Below, in pieces: positions 9,674 through 19,444 of a DNA stretch of 64,000 nt. Position 1 is the first letter of the stretch, and each line of letters starts with the position of its first letter. The notes below the pieces were generated by a model. It saw only the letters and a program-made list of their open reading frames with translations, did not search any database and was not told the DNA's origin. The position numbers and the translations under genes were made by a program. This DNA is from an uncultured Trueperaceae bacterium (GTDB lineage Bacteria > Deinococcota > Deinococci > Deinococcales > Trueperaceae), in NCBI GenBank assembly GCA_963727505.1, contig CAVSGP010000009.1:64001-128000 (forward strand), written 5' to 3'.

Positions 9674-10845
9674 TTCGTTCCCTTCCCGTTCCCTCCTGCG
9701 TTCGAAGGCGAGCTCCGTGGCGTGGGCGCGGCGCCGGTGTCTCGTTCGGAGAGGGGAGACGGCGCATCGGTCGTTGCGCGCGGTTCCGGGAACCAGCGTC
9801 GTTGGAGTCGGAACGCGACGTTCACGAGCGCGATCATGACGGGAACCTCGATGAGGGGGCCGATCACGGTGGTGAAGGCTACGGCCGAGCCGATGCCGAA
9901 CACGGCGATGGCGACGGCGATGGCGAGCTCGAAGTTGTTGCTGGCGGCGGTGAAGGCGAGGGTGGTGGTGACCGCGCCGTTGGCGCCGAACCGCCGACCC
10001 ATCCAGAAGCTGAGCAGGAACATGATCACGAAGTAGAGGGCGAGCGGAGCAGCGATGCGAAGCACGTCGAAGGGGATGGTGAGGATGAGGCCGCCCTTGA
10101 GGCTGAACATGACCACGATGGTGAACAGGAGCGCGATCATGGTGATGGGGGCGATCATGGGAACGAAGCGCTCCTCGTACCAGCTGCGTCCCTTGGCGGG
10201 GATGAGCACGACGCGGCTGAGCACGCCCGCCGCGAAGGGCACGCCCAGGTACAGTAGGACGGCGCGTGCCACCTCTCCCATGGGGACGGCGATGATGTGC
10301 GCCTGCAGGCCGAGCCAGGCGGGGAGCAGGGTCGCGAAGAGGTAGGCGTAGGCGCCGTAGAACAGGACCTGGAAGACACTGTTGAGGGCCACCAGGCCGG
10401 CGGCGTACTCGCGGTCGCCGGCGGCGAGGTCGTTCCAGACGATGACCATGGCGATGCAGCGGGCGAGCCCGATGAGGATGAGGCCGACCATGTACTCGGG
10501 TCGGTCGCGGAGGAAGAGCAGGGCCAGCGCGAACATCAGCACGGGCCCCACGATCCAGTTCTGCACCAGCGACAGCGCCAGCACGCGGAGGTTGCCGAAG
10601 ACGGCGGGCAGGCGCTCGTAGCGGACCTTCGCCAGCGGCGGGTACATCATGAGGATGAGCCCGATGGCGATGGGCACGTTGGTGGCGCCCACCTGGACGC
10701 GTTGCAGGGCGCTCTCGATACCGGGAACGAGCGCGCCCAGCGCGATGCCGGCGGCCATGGCCGCGAAGACCCAGAGGGTGAGGAAGCGGTCGCGCGCCGA
10801 GAGCCGCGAGGGGACGGCGTTCCGACGGCTCATGGACGCGTCCAT
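9670..10845 (-). CDS. acr3: ACR3 arsenite efflux transporter (start could be 10833)
   Basis: [34 protein letters not shown] and GPLIEVP motifs. Confidence 0.93.
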   Translation of the reverse strand: MDASMSRRNAVPSRLSARDRFLTLWVFAAMAAGIALGALVPGIESALQRVQVGATNVPIAIGLILMMYPPLAKVRYERLPAVFGNLRVLALSLVQNWIVGPVLMFALALLFLRDRPEYMVGLILIGLARCIAMVIVWNDLAAGDREYAAGLVALNSVFQVLFYGAYAYLFATLLPAWLGLQAHIIAVPMGEVARAVLLYLGVPFAAGVLSRVVLIPAKGRSWYEERFVPMIAPITMIALLFTIVVMFSLKGGLILTIPFDVLRIAAPLALYFVIMFLLSFWMGRRFGANGAVTTTLAFTAASNNFELAIAVAIAVFGIGSAVAFTTVIGPLIEVPVMIALVNVAFRLQRRWFPEPRATTDAPSPLSERDTGAAPTPRSSPSNAGGNGKGTK

Positions 10846-10932
10846 CGTTCCGGTCTCGGGCGCGCGGCGCAACCGTCGTCGGCTGCCGTGCACCGCTGCG
10901 AGGGGTTCACCGGGCCGGGCGGGTCGTGGCCG

Positions 10933-11169
10933 TCACGGTCGGATCAGGATGCCTTCGAGTTGCTGTGGGGAGGGGACGCGGCCGGCCAGGACGACCTTCT
11001 CGTCGATGACGAGGGCGGGCGTGGAGCTGACGCCGTAGGCGAGGATGTCGGCGTAGTCGGTGACCTTCTCGACGTCCGCCTGGATGCCCCTGGCATCGAG
11101 GACGAGGCGGACGTTGGCTTCGAGGCGCTTGCAGTTGGGGCAACCGGATCCGAGGACTTTGATGGTCAT
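10933..11169 (-). CDS. Small redox-active disulfide protein (thioredoxin-like)
   Basis: IKVLGSGCPNC...YGVSSTPALVID; AGGAGG RBS. Confidence 0.9.
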   Translation of the reverse strand: MTIKVLGSGCPNCKRLEANVRLVLDARGIQADVEKVTDYADILAYGVSSTPALVIDEKVVLAGRVPSPQQLEGILIRP

Positions 11170-11217
11170 GCTGTGAGCCTCCTGCTCGTGGGATGGGCGG
11201 CGGCATGCCGCCGAAGG

Positions 11218-12261
11218 TCAGAGGATGGCGTTGAAGAGGAAGCCGGTGGCGAGGATCCCCGTACCTACCACGGCCACGTAGACGGCGATGAGCCGGGGCT
11301 TGAGCACGCGCCGCAGGATGATCATCTCGGGAAGCGACAGAGCGACGACCGCCATCATGAACGCGAGGGTGGTACCCATGGCGAGCCCCTTCGCGTGGAG
11401 CGCTTCGACCAGCGGCAGGATGCCAGCGGCGTTGGAGTACAACGGGATGCCCAGCAGGACTGCCACGGGTACGGCGAGGGGCTGGCCGGGGCCGGCGTAG
11501 TGGAGGAAGAAGCTCTGTGGCACCCAGCCGTGGATGGCGGCGCCCAACCCGATGCCGACCAGCAGGTAGGGCCAGATCTTGGCGAGGATGGTCCTCACCT
11601 CTTCGATGCCCATCTGCACGCGCTCGGGCCAGGTGAGTTGGCGGCTGGGGTCGAGGACCTGCCCCCCGAGGCGGGTCTCGAAGACGAACGGTTCGACCCA
11701 CTTCTCCAGGTGGAGCCGACCCAGGATCATGCCGGCGACGACGGCCAGGATCAGGCCGCTGGCGAGGTAGAGCGCGGCGACGGTCCAACCGAACATGCCG
11801 AAGAGCATGACGAGGGCGATCTCGTTGACCATGGGGCTGGCGATGAGGAAGGACAGCGTCACACCGAGTGGGACGCCGGCGGCGACGAAGCCGATGAAGG
11901 CGGGTACGGCGCTGCACGAGCAGAAGGGCGTCACGACGCCGAGGCCGGCGGCCAGCGCGTTGCCTGCCCCCTCTCGCCGGCCGCCCAGCAGGGCGCGCGT
12001 CCGCTCGACGCTGAAGAAGCTCCGCAGCACGGTCACGGCGAAGATGATCGCGACCAACAGCAGCACGAGCTTCACGCTGTCGAACAGGAAGAAGTGCACG
12101 GCGTCGGCGAGGCGCGTGCCTTCGGACAGGCCGAGGCCGTGGTAGACGAGCCAGTCGAAGACCGGGCCGTTGGCCGCGTAGAGCAGCGACCACGCCAGCG
12201 CGGCTCCGCCGAGAGCGAGCGGGAGCGGCAGCGGCCGGCGGTGCTCCATGCGTGCCCTCAT
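11218..12261 (-). CDS. ArsP/DUF318-family permease
   Basis: TPFCSCS, FLIASPMVNE and ALSLPEM motifs; ATGA overlap with arsR. Confidence 0.88.
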   Translation of the reverse strand: MRARMEHRRPLPLPLALGGAALAWSLLYAANGPVFDWLVYHGLGLSEGTRLADAVHFFLFDSVKLVLLLVAIIFAVTVLRSFFSVERTRALLGGRREGAGNALAAGLGVVTPFCSCSAVPAFIGFVAAGVPLGVTLSFLIASPMVNEIALVMLFGMFGWTVAALYLASGLILAVVAGMILGRLHLEKWVEPFVFETRLGGQVLDPSRQLTWPERVQMGIEEVRTILAKIWPYLLVGIGLGAAIHGWVPQSFFLHYAGPGQPLAVPVAVLLGIPLYSNAAGILPLVEALHAKGLAMGTTLAFMMAVVALSLPEMIILRRVLKPRLIAVYVAVVGTGILATGFLFNAIL

Positions 12262-12608
12262 CCGGATACTCCCTCGCGGGCGCAGGCGTCGGCACAGTCG
12301 GCCATCGTCAGGCCGAAGGCTGCGGGGTCGGGCGGGAGGGAGCCCTGCAGGCGCCGCAGTGCCGCCGGCACCAGGCAGTAGTCGATCCAGCGGCCACGTC
12401 GCGAGCCTTCGATCAGTCCCGCCTCGCGGAGCACCTTGAGGTGGTGCGAGAGCAGGTTGGGCGCGATGTCGATGACCTCCTGGATCTCGCACACGCAGTG
12501 GCTGCCATCGGTGAGGGTGGCGAGGATCCGCAGCCGGGTGGGGTCCCCGAGCGCCTTGAAGCCGAGGGCGAGCCCCTCTGCTAGTTCAAGGGATGTTGAA
12601 TCAATCAT
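12258..12608 (-). CDS. arsR: ArsR/SmtB-family repressor
   Basis: FKALGDPTRLRIL, HCVCE, LSHHLKVLREAGLI and C-terminal CADAC; heads the ars cluster. Confidence 0.9.
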   Translation of the reverse strand: MIDSTSLELAEGLALGFKALGDPTRLRILATLTDGSHCVCEIQEVIDIAPNLLSHHLKVLREAGLIEGSRRGRWIDYCLVPAALRRLQGSLPPDPAAFGLTMADCADACAREGVSG

Positions 12609-12644
12609 GCTTGAAGTATAGCGCTCGGGGCTCCCGGGGTGCAA
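12585..12644 (-). promoter_or_regulatory. ars promoter (TTGCAC-18-TATACT) with two TTCAA-N6-TTGA(A) palindromes over the start codon
   Basis: -35 at 12639-12644, -10 at 12615-12620, 6 nt to ATG; palindromes at 12585-12600 and 12600-12615. Confidence 0.65.
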
Positions 12645-12647
12645 GCT

Positions 12648-13253
12648 TCAGATGCGGTCGCGGTAGCGGTCGATGAGGTCGTCGAGCGCCTCGCGCAAAA
12701 GGCTCGCTTCCGTGCGGCCCTCGGCCGCGGAGAGCTTCGCGAGCCGGCCCAGGCTGGCCTTGCTGTAGTAGTTGCTCTTGAGCACCATCCGCTCCTCGAC
12801 GTGGATGGCGACGCGGCCGCGTCCGTCGCGCTTGGCGCGCAGCAGCGCCGTGTCAGCGGCGCGCACGAGGTCGGCGCGGTCGTCGACGTGGGCAGGATGG
12901 GTGGCCAATCCGACGGAGAGGCTGATCGCGGCGGGGGTCTCGTCGGGACGTGGCTGGGCCAGGTGGGCGCGCACCTCGTCCATGAGGATGAGCGCGCTCT
13001 CAGCGGTGTGATCGGGGAAGATCGCGGCGTACTCGTCGCCGCCGATGCGGGCGACCGATGTCTCGGCGGGGAGGCTCCCCAGCAGGGCGCGCTCCACGCG
13101 GCGCAGGACGGTGTCGCCGGTCGCGGTGCCGTGGCTCTGGTTGATGGCGGCGAAGTGGTCGAGGTCTACCAGGGCCAGGGTGACGGGACCCGAGGTCGGG
13201 GCGTTGGCGAGGGCCTCTTCGAAGCCGGGGCGGTCGAGGAGTTGGGTTGGCAT
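12648..13253 (-). CDS. GGDEF-domain protein with C-terminal ribbon-helix-helix-like domain
   Basis: DLDHFAAINQSHGTATGD, ARIGGDEY and ADTALLRAKRDGR; C-terminus SNYYSKASLGRLAKLS...TEASLLREALDDL. Confidence 0.85.
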   Translation of the reverse strand: MPTQLLDRPGFEEALANAPTSGPVTLALVDLDHFAAINQSHGTATGDTVLRRVERALLGSLPAETSVARIGGDEYAAIFPDHTAESALILMDEVRAHLAQPRPDETPAAISLSVGLATHPAHVDDRADLVRAADTALLRAKRDGRGRVAIHVEERMVLKSNYYSKASLGRLAKLSAAEGRTEASLLREALDDLIDRYRDRI

Positions 13254-13269
13254 GAGGTTCCCCCTTCAA

Positions 13270-13314
13270 GATGTACTACTCTCTACGTATATAGGTTGAA
13301 AGTATCGTTGTCAA
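13270..13314 (-). promoter_or_regulatory. AT-rich sigma70-type promoter of the GGDEF-RHH gene
   Basis: TTGACA (13309-13314), then TATATA/TATACG at 15-17 nt spacing, in an AT-rich island. Confidence 0.6.
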
Positions 13315-13451
13315 GCATGCGTGCACGCTGCTTCGCCGCCTGCGGGCGCCGGGAAGGGCGAACATGGGGGATGTCGTCGTGAAGGAGAACACCGGGCCGG
13401 ATCCACGCTCCCAGGAGGACATCGTCGCTCGCGGGGCCGCGGCCGCCGTCC

Positions 13452-13700
13452 TCAGGCGAAGATCTCCTCGAAGAGCAGGCCCAGCCCCAGCGCGTCGAAC
13501 GGATAGGTGCGGCCTTCTTCTCCGGCACGCCGTTCCCAGCGCGCGGCGTCGTGCGACCTTCGCAGATAGGCCACCACCCGGACCTGCCGGTCGTCGAGGG
13601 GCTCGAGCGTCACCCGGACGGTGACACCCGATGCGAGCCGTCGCTCCACCGTTCGGCTCGGGTCGAACAGGCTGGGCTGGGCCCCGACGACGTGAACCAC
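13452..13700 (-). CDS. Hypothetical protein (82 aa), probably leaderless
   Basis: Protein-like composition; TAGACT 6 nt upstream of GTG. Confidence 0.6.
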   Translation of the reverse strand: MVHVVGAQPSLFDPSRTVERRLASGVTVRVTLEPLDDRQVRVVAYLRRSHDAARWERRAGEEGRTYPFDALGLGLLFEEIFA

Positions 13701-13870
13701 GTGTCGAGTCTATCGCGCCGGCCCGCGACGCGGCGGCAGCCGTCCTCGAGGGCGGTTGTCCCTTGTCGGCATGCCTCAGGCCGTGCATCGTGCGGCGATG
13801 GCACCGGAGGCGTTCGCGTGCCCTGCAGCCGGGCCGGGAGGGTCGGCAGCGTGTTCGGAAGGGAGCCGGC

Positions 13871-14305
13871 ATGAGGGCGAACCTGCACTTGGGGTGGCCG
13901 AGGGGCGCACTCGAGGGCGCCACGCGGGATCGTGTACGGAGGTGGCTGCGCTGGGTGGCGGCCGCCCTGTCGCTGGCCAACGCCGCGGTGTACGGCCTGA
14001 TCGGGGCTGGCGCGGTGCGCGTGGTGGAGGGCGCGCCGGGGGAAGGACCGCCGCTCGTCGTGTTCGGCGTGCTGGCGGGCGGTGCCTTCCTGCTCGGCGC
14101 GGTGCTACTGATGAGCTTCGACCGCCGGGTGCTGTGGGTGATCGGTGCCGCCTTCCAGGCGTTCGCGATCGCCGCTTACTTCAACGTGGCGCCGCAACGC
14201 GTGCCCCCCTACGAGGTCTGGGGCCTGTCACTGAAGGCGGCCCAGTTGGTGTTGCTCGCGCTGCTGCTGGTTCTGGGTCTCACGCGCGCGAGATCGCCGT
14301 CGTAG
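13871..14305 (+). CDS. Small integral membrane protein (about 4 TM)
   Basis: Four hydrophobic segments; GGGAG RBS before ATG 13871. Confidence 0.65.
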   Translation: MRANLHLGWPRGALEGATRDRVRRWLRWVAAALSLANAAVYGLIGAGAVRVVEGAPGEGPPLVVFGVLAGGAFLLGAVLLMSFDRRVLWVIGAAFQAFAIAAYFNVAPQRVPPYEVWGLSLKAAQLVLLALLLVLGLTRARSPS

Positions 14306-14551
14306 CGGCGTTCGGTCGACGCGATGGAGGCCCGGAAGGGCTGGTGGTGGTGGCGGAGCTCCGCCTTGGGCAGGTCGGGTCGCTCGCGGCGGACGCGTTC
14401 CATCGCGGCGGCGTGAACGGGAAGGCGTCGCCGGCCGGCGGGAGACGGACCTCCTGGAGGAGCGCGCTCCGAGCGTAGCAGGTGCCGGTTCTCCGTTGCC
14501 TGGCGAGGCGTGCCGCTATCCTGGTGGCATCATCGGAGATCGGGGAGGTCC

Positions 14552-15133
14552 ATGACGAAGTCCAGGATGGAGGCGTTCAGCGACGGGGTCATCGCGATCG
14601 TCATCACCGTGATGGTGCTGGAGTTGAGCGTGCCGGAGGGCGCCAGCTGGCGCGCCCTCGGGGGCGTCGTGCCCTCGCTTCTGACCTACGTGCTGAGCTT
14701 CGCGTACCTCGGCATCTACTGGAACAACCACCATCACCTGCTGCAGGCCGTCGAGCGTATCGATGGGAGGGTGTTGTGGGCCAACATGCACCTGCTGTTC
14801 TGGCTGTCGCTGGTCCCGTTCGTGACCGCCTGGATGGGCGAGAACCATTTCGCGCCGGCGCCGACGACCGCCTACGGCGCGGTCCTGCTCCTGGCGGCGG
14901 CGGCGTACTACCTGTTGCAACAACGGCTCATCGCCGCCAACGGTCCCGACTCCCGCTTGCGCCGGGCGCTCGGCCCGGACCTCAAGGGCCGGCTATCGCC
15001 GGTCCTGTACGCCGCGGCCATCGTGGGCTCGCTCGCCGGGGCGCGCTGGCTGGCGGACGCCATCTACGTCCTGGTGGCGCTGATGTGGCTCGTGCCCGAT
15101 CGCCGGATCGAGAGCAGCCTGGCCGAACGATGA
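14552..15133 (+). CDS. TMEM175/DUF1211-family K+ channel
   Basis: RMEAFSDGVIAIVITVMVL and YWNNHHHL; GGAGG RBS. Confidence 0.92.
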   Translation: MTKSRMEAFSDGVIAIVITVMVLELSVPEGASWRALGGVVPSLLTYVLSFAYLGIYWNNHHHLLQAVERIDGRVLWANMHLLFWLSLVPFVTAWMGENHFAPAPTTAYGAVLLLAAAAYYLLQQRLIAANGPDSRLRRALGPDLKGRLSPVLYAAAIVGSLAGARWLADAIYVLVALMWLVPDRRIESSLAER

Positions 15134-15284
15134 GCGCGGGCGTCGAAGCCCCGCCAAGGCCGCGGTGCGGCGCGGGTCGTTCGACGTCGTTCGGGGCCTA
15201 CAATGGCGCCATGCCGTGCTCCTACGCCGGTCGGTCCCGTGGAGGGGGCCGCGGGATGCTCGCGCCTTTCGGGGTGCGCGTCTG

Positions 15285-16034
15285 ATGCGCCTCGCACTCT
15301 TCATCCCCTGCTACGTGGACACCCTGTTCCCGCAGGCAGGGCAGGCCACGGTGCGGGTGCTGGAGCGGCTGGGTCACGAGCTCCACTTCCCCGAGGAACA
15401 GACCTGCTGCGGGCAGATGCACGTCAACACCGGCTACCAGCGCGAAGCGATCCCACTGGTGCGAAACTTCGTACGCGCCTTCGGTGCCCATGACCACGTG
15501 GTGGCCCCATCGGCGAGCTGCGTCGGCGAGGTGCGTGAGATCTACCCGCGGCTGGCGCGGCTGGCGCGCGACCCCGCGTTGATCGACGCCGTCGACGCGC
15601 TGGTGCCGCGGGTGCACGAGCTCACCTCGTTCCTGGTCGAGGAGCTCGGCGTGGAGGACGTCGGCGCCTACTTCCCGCACCGCGTGACGTTCCACCCCAC
15701 CTGTCACTCGCAACGGGTGCTGCACATCGGCGACGCTCCCCAACGGCTCCTGCGACGGGTGCGCGGCATCGACCTGGTGCCGTTGGCGGACGCGACGGAA
15801 TGCTGCGGCTTCGGCGGCACCTTCTCCGTGAAGAACGCCGACACCTCGAGCGCGATGCTGGCCTCGAAGGTGGCCCGCGTTCTGGACACCGGCGCCGAGG
15901 TGTGCGCGGCGGCGGACAACTCCTGCCTCATGCACATCGGGGGAGCGCTGCACCGTCAGCGGACCGGTGTGCGGACCCTGCACGTGGCGGAGATCCTGGC
16001 CTCGACCGAGGCGCGCCCCTGGGGGCCGGCGTGA
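15285..16034 (+). CDS. lutA: Lactate utilisation protein A (CCG-domain Fe-S protein)
   Basis: FIPCYVD, QTCCGQMH, HPTCH and ECCGFGGTFSVKN. Confidence 0.9.
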   Translation: MRLALFIPCYVDTLFPQAGQATVRVLERLGHELHFPEEQTCCGQMHVNTGYQREAIPLVRNFVRAFGAHDHVVAPSASCVGEVREIYPRLARLARDPALIDAVDALVPRVHELTSFLVEELGVEDVGAYFPHRVTFHPTCHSQRVLHIGDAPQRLLRRVRGIDLVPLADATECCGFGGTFSVKNADTSSAMLASKVARVLDTGAEVCAAADNSCLMHIGGALHRQRTGVRTLHVAEILASTEARPWGPA

Positions 16035-17473
16035 GCGGCGGAACGCCTCGGTCCCGGCCGTTCGCGGAGGCGGCGCGTGAGGCGTTGCAGGACACCCAGT
16101 TGCGTCGCAACCTCGGCAAGGCGACATCGGCGATCCGCGAGAAGCGCAGGCTTGCGACCGATGAGCTGCCCGACTGGGAGGAGCTCCGCGAGGCAGGCCG
16201 TGCGATCAAGGCGCAGACCCTGGCGCACCTCGATCACTACCTGATGCGGCTGGAACAGAACGTCCTCGCCCGCGGCGGCCAGGTGCACTGGGCGCGCGAC
16301 GCCGCCGAGGCCAACGCCATCGTCCAGGAGCTGGTGACAGCCACGGGCGCGCGCGAGGCCATCAAGGTCAAGTCCCTCACCACGGACGAGATCGGCCTCA
16401 ACGACGCCCTGGCGTCGATCGGCGTCCACGCCATCGAGACCGACCTCGCGGAGCTGATCGTGCAGCTCGCGCACGAACCCTCGTCGCATATCCTCGTTCC
16501 CGCCATCCACAAGAACCGGGCCGAGATCCGCGGGCTGTTCCTGCGGTCGATGGGCCTGGAGCCCGACGAGCTCTCGGACGCGCCCGCCGACCTGGCCGCT
16601 GCCGCCCGACGCTTCCTGCGCGGCAAGTTCCTCACCGCCACGGTGGGGATCAGCGGGGCGAACTTCGCGGTGGCCGAGACGGGCGCGGTGTGCGTGGTGG
16701 AGTCCGAGGGCAACGGGCGCATGTGTACCACCCTCCCGGAGACGCTGATCACCGTGATGGGCATCGAGAAGGTGGTGCCCAGCTGGCGCGCCATGGAGGT
16801 GTTCCTGCAGTCGCTGCCGCGATCCAGCACCGCCGAGCGCATGAACCCCTACACCTCCTTCTGGACGGGCGTGCGATCCGGTGACGGCCCGCAGGCGTTC
16901 CACCTGGTGCTGCTGGACAACGGACGCAGCGACGTGCTGGCGTCGGAGGACCGGCGCCAGACCCTCCAGTGCATCCGCTGCAGCGCCTGCCTCAACATCT
17001 GCCCGGTCTACGCGCGGGTCGGGGGGCACGCCTACGGCTCGCACTACCCGGGGCCGATCGGCTCCATCCTCTCGCCCCAGCTCGTCGACACGCCCGAAGC
17101 CGACACGCTGCCCTTCGCCTCGACCCTGTGCGGCGCCTGCTACGAGGTCTGCCCGGTCAAGATCGACATCCCCAGCGTTCTGCTCGACCTGCGATTCCGT
17201 GCCGTGGAGCGCGGACGTGTGCGCCGCGGCCGGTTGGCCGCGCTCGACACCGAGGACGGTGCCATGCGGCTGGCGGCCGGCGTCTTCGCAGAGCCGCACC
17301 GCTATCGCTGGATGCAGCGCTGGGCCCGGCTCGTCCAGCGCCCCTTCGTCAAGGACGGCTACGTCGAACGACTCCCGGGCTACCTGGGCGGTTGGACCCG
17401 GACTCGCGACCTGCGGGCGGTGGCGCGCAGGACCTTCCGGGAGTGGTGGCGCGACCGGGAGGACGACGCGTGA
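16031..17473 (+). CDS. lutB: Lactate utilisation protein B (LUD + 4Fe-4S)
   Basis: ETDLAE, PSSHILVPAIH, CIRCSACLNICP and STLCGACYEVCP; GTGA overlap. Confidence 0.92.
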   Translation: MSGGTPRSRPFAEAAREALQDTQLRRNLGKATSAIREKRRLATDELPDWEELREAGRAIKAQTLAHLDHYLMRLEQNVLARGGQVHWARDAAEANAIVQELVTATGAREAIKVKSLTTDEIGLNDALASIGVHAIETDLAELIVQLAHEPSSHILVPAIHKNRAEIRGLFLRSMGLEPDELSDAPADLAAAARRFLRGKFLTATVGISGANFAVAETGAVCVVESEGNGRMCTTLPETLITVMGIEKVVPSWRAMEVFLQSLPRSSTAERMNPYTSFWTGVRSGDGPQAFHLVLLDNGRSDVLASEDRRQTLQCIRCSACLNICPVYARVGGHAYGSHYPGPIGSILSPQLVDTPEADTLPFASTLCGACYEVCPVKIDIPSVLLDLRFRAVERGRVRRGRLAALDTEDGAMRLAAGVFAEPHRYRWMQRWARLVQRPFVKDGYVERLPGYLGGWTRTRDLRAVARRTFREWWRDREDDA

Positions 17474-18141
17474 GCAGCCGGGACGTCGTGCTGCGTCGCG
17501 TGCGCGCGGCGCTGGGCCGGAACGGAGCGGCGGACGAGGAGGAGGTCGCGAGCCAGGAGGCGGCCGTGGACGACGCGGCCGGCTACCGGCGCCGCGGCGA
17601 GCTCGGGCCCAAGGCCCTGGTCGATCTCTTCGCCGAGCGTGCTGGCGAGTACCGGGTCGAGGTCCGCCGGGTCGCGTCCGCCGGCTTGGCCGAGGCCATC
17701 GCGGCCGAGCTGGACGCCTGCGGGGTGCGCTCGGCCGCGGCGCCTGCCGACCTTCCCGAAGCGTGGCGGGTCCCGAACGTGCGCTGGGTGACCGACGGGC
17801 TCGACGGTGTCCGGCTCGATGTCGGCACGATCGATGGCTGTGACGCTGTGGTCACCGGCTGCGCCCTGGCGATCGCCGAGACGGGGACGATCCTGTTCGA
17901 CGGTGGCGCCCGGCAGGGGCGGCGCCTGCTCACGCTGCTCCCCGACGTCCACGTGTGCGTGCTGGCGCGCGAGCAGATCGTGCAGACCGTCGCGGAGGCG
18001 GTGGCCGCAAGCAGCGAGGCGGCCCGCAAGGGCGCGCCGATCACGCTGGTCTCGGGCCCCTCCGCGACCTCCGACATCGAGCTCGAGCGCGTCGAGGGCG
18101 TGCACGGGCCGCGCACGCTGATCGTGCTGCTGGTGGCCTAG
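17470..18141 (+). CDS. lutC: Lactate utilisation protein C (LUD domain)
   Basis: AIAETGT and SGPSATSDIELERVEGVHGP; GTGA overlap. Confidence 0.9.
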   Translation: MSSRDVVLRRVRAALGRNGAADEEEVASQEAAVDDAAGYRRRGELGPKALVDLFAERAGEYRVEVRRVASAGLAEAIAAELDACGVRSAAAPADLPEAWRVPNVRWVTDGLDGVRLDVGTIDGCDAVVTGCALAIAETGTILFDGGARQGRRLLTLLPDVHVCVLAREQIVQTVAEAVAASSEAARKGAPITLVSGPSATSDIELERVEGVHGPRTLIVLLVA

Positions 18142-19394
18142 CCCCTTCTGTCGACGCCGATCGGCCCGGTTTGCGAGGCCCGTCCGATGCCCAGCACCAG
18201 CGCGAGCAGAAGAACCGAGACGAGCATCCCGACCAGCCCCATGCCGCGGTAGCCGGCGACCGCGAACAGCAGCCCGCCGGCCAGACTGGCCACGGCCGCC
18301 ATGCCGCTCATCAGCAGGTCGTTGACGCCCTGCATACGGCCCTTCTCGGCGGGCGCCAGGCGGTCGGCGAGGAGGGCCGAGCCGGCCACGAAGCACAGGT
18401 TCCATCCCAGCCCCAGGAGGAAGAGCGCGAGCACCAGCGACGGGACGTGGTCGGAGATCGGGGCGAGGCCGCAAGCGACGGCCAGCGTGGCTGCCCCGGC
18501 GGTCACCGTCGCGTGCCGTCCGAAGCGGTCGGCCAGCCAGCCGCTGGCGACCGACGGTGCGTACATGCCGAAGCTGTGGACGCTGAACACGAGGGAGATG
18601 CCGCCCAGGCCGATCCCAGCCAGCTCCATGTGGAGGGACGTGAGGCCCATCATCATCACCATCACGGCATGCGCCACGATGACGGACGCCATCGCGACGA
18701 TGATGCCCGGGTCGCGCAGTATCGATCGCCAGGGGCGCGCTGGGCCCGTGCCGCCGGGATGCGGGTGGTCGCGCTCGATCCTCTCACCCAGCGTCTTGGG
18801 GTCGGGTCGCAGGAAGACCAGCAACGCGAGGGCGGCGAGCGCGTACAGGAACAGAGTGACGGCGTAGGGCCCGGCCAGGGAGGACCCCGTCAGGGCGTGG
18901 CTGATCGTGCCGGTCGGCGCCACCAGCGACGGCCCCAGCACCGCCCCAACGGTTCCCCCCAGCACGACCCACGCCACGGCGCGGCCACGCCGTGCGGGCG
19001 GGTGCGCCTCGGCTGCGGCGAAGCGCCCCAGGCGCACGGCCGCCGAACCGGAGCCCATGGCGACGATGGCCACGACAAGGAGCGGGAAGCTGTGCACGAT
19101 CACGGCCAGGGTGGCGCCGCCGGCGCCGATCGCCCCCGCCAGCAGGCCCAACGCGAGCCCGTTCCGGCGCCCCAGGCGGTCGCTCGCTACCGACCAGATG
19201 AGCGCCGACACGGCCGCCCCGAGTTGGAAGACGCCGGCCGGGACCCCGGCCAGCGACGTGCGGCCGCTGATCTGTGCGCCCGCGATGGAGGCGACCGTCG
19301 CCGTCGCGAGGACACCCGCCGAACCCAGTGCCTGGGTGGCGAACAGCGCCCAGGTGATGCGCGTCCTGGCGCGCGCGTCGGTTGGGAGGGCCAT
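18138..19394 (-). CDS. MFS transporter
   Basis: SDRLGRR and ADRFGR motifs, about 12 TM; TAGGCT 8 nt upstream of ATG. Confidence 0.88.
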   Translation of the reverse strand: MALPTDARARTRITWALFATQALGSAGVLATATVASIAGAQISGRTSLAGVPAGVFQLGAAVSALIWSVASDRLGRRNGLALGLLAGAIGAGGATLAVIVHSFPLLVVAIVAMGSGSAAVRLGRFAAAEAHPPARRGRAVAWVVLGGTVGAVLGPSLVAPTGTISHALTGSSLAGPYAVTLFLYALAALALLVFLRPDPKTLGERIERDHPHPGGTGPARPWRSILRDPGIIVAMASVIVAHAVMVMMMGLTSLHMELAGIGLGGISLVFSVHSFGMYAPSVASGWLADRFGRHATVTAGAATLAVACGLAPISDHVPSLVLALFLLGLGWNLCFVAGSALLADRLAPAEKGRMQGVNDLLMSGMAAVASLAGGLLFAVAGYRGMGLVGMLVSVLLLALVLGIGRASQTGPIGVDRRG

Positions 19395-19444
19395 GACGAT
19401 CCAGCCTACCCGAGCCCGGCGCTCGGCGCGCGATCGCCGGGGTG

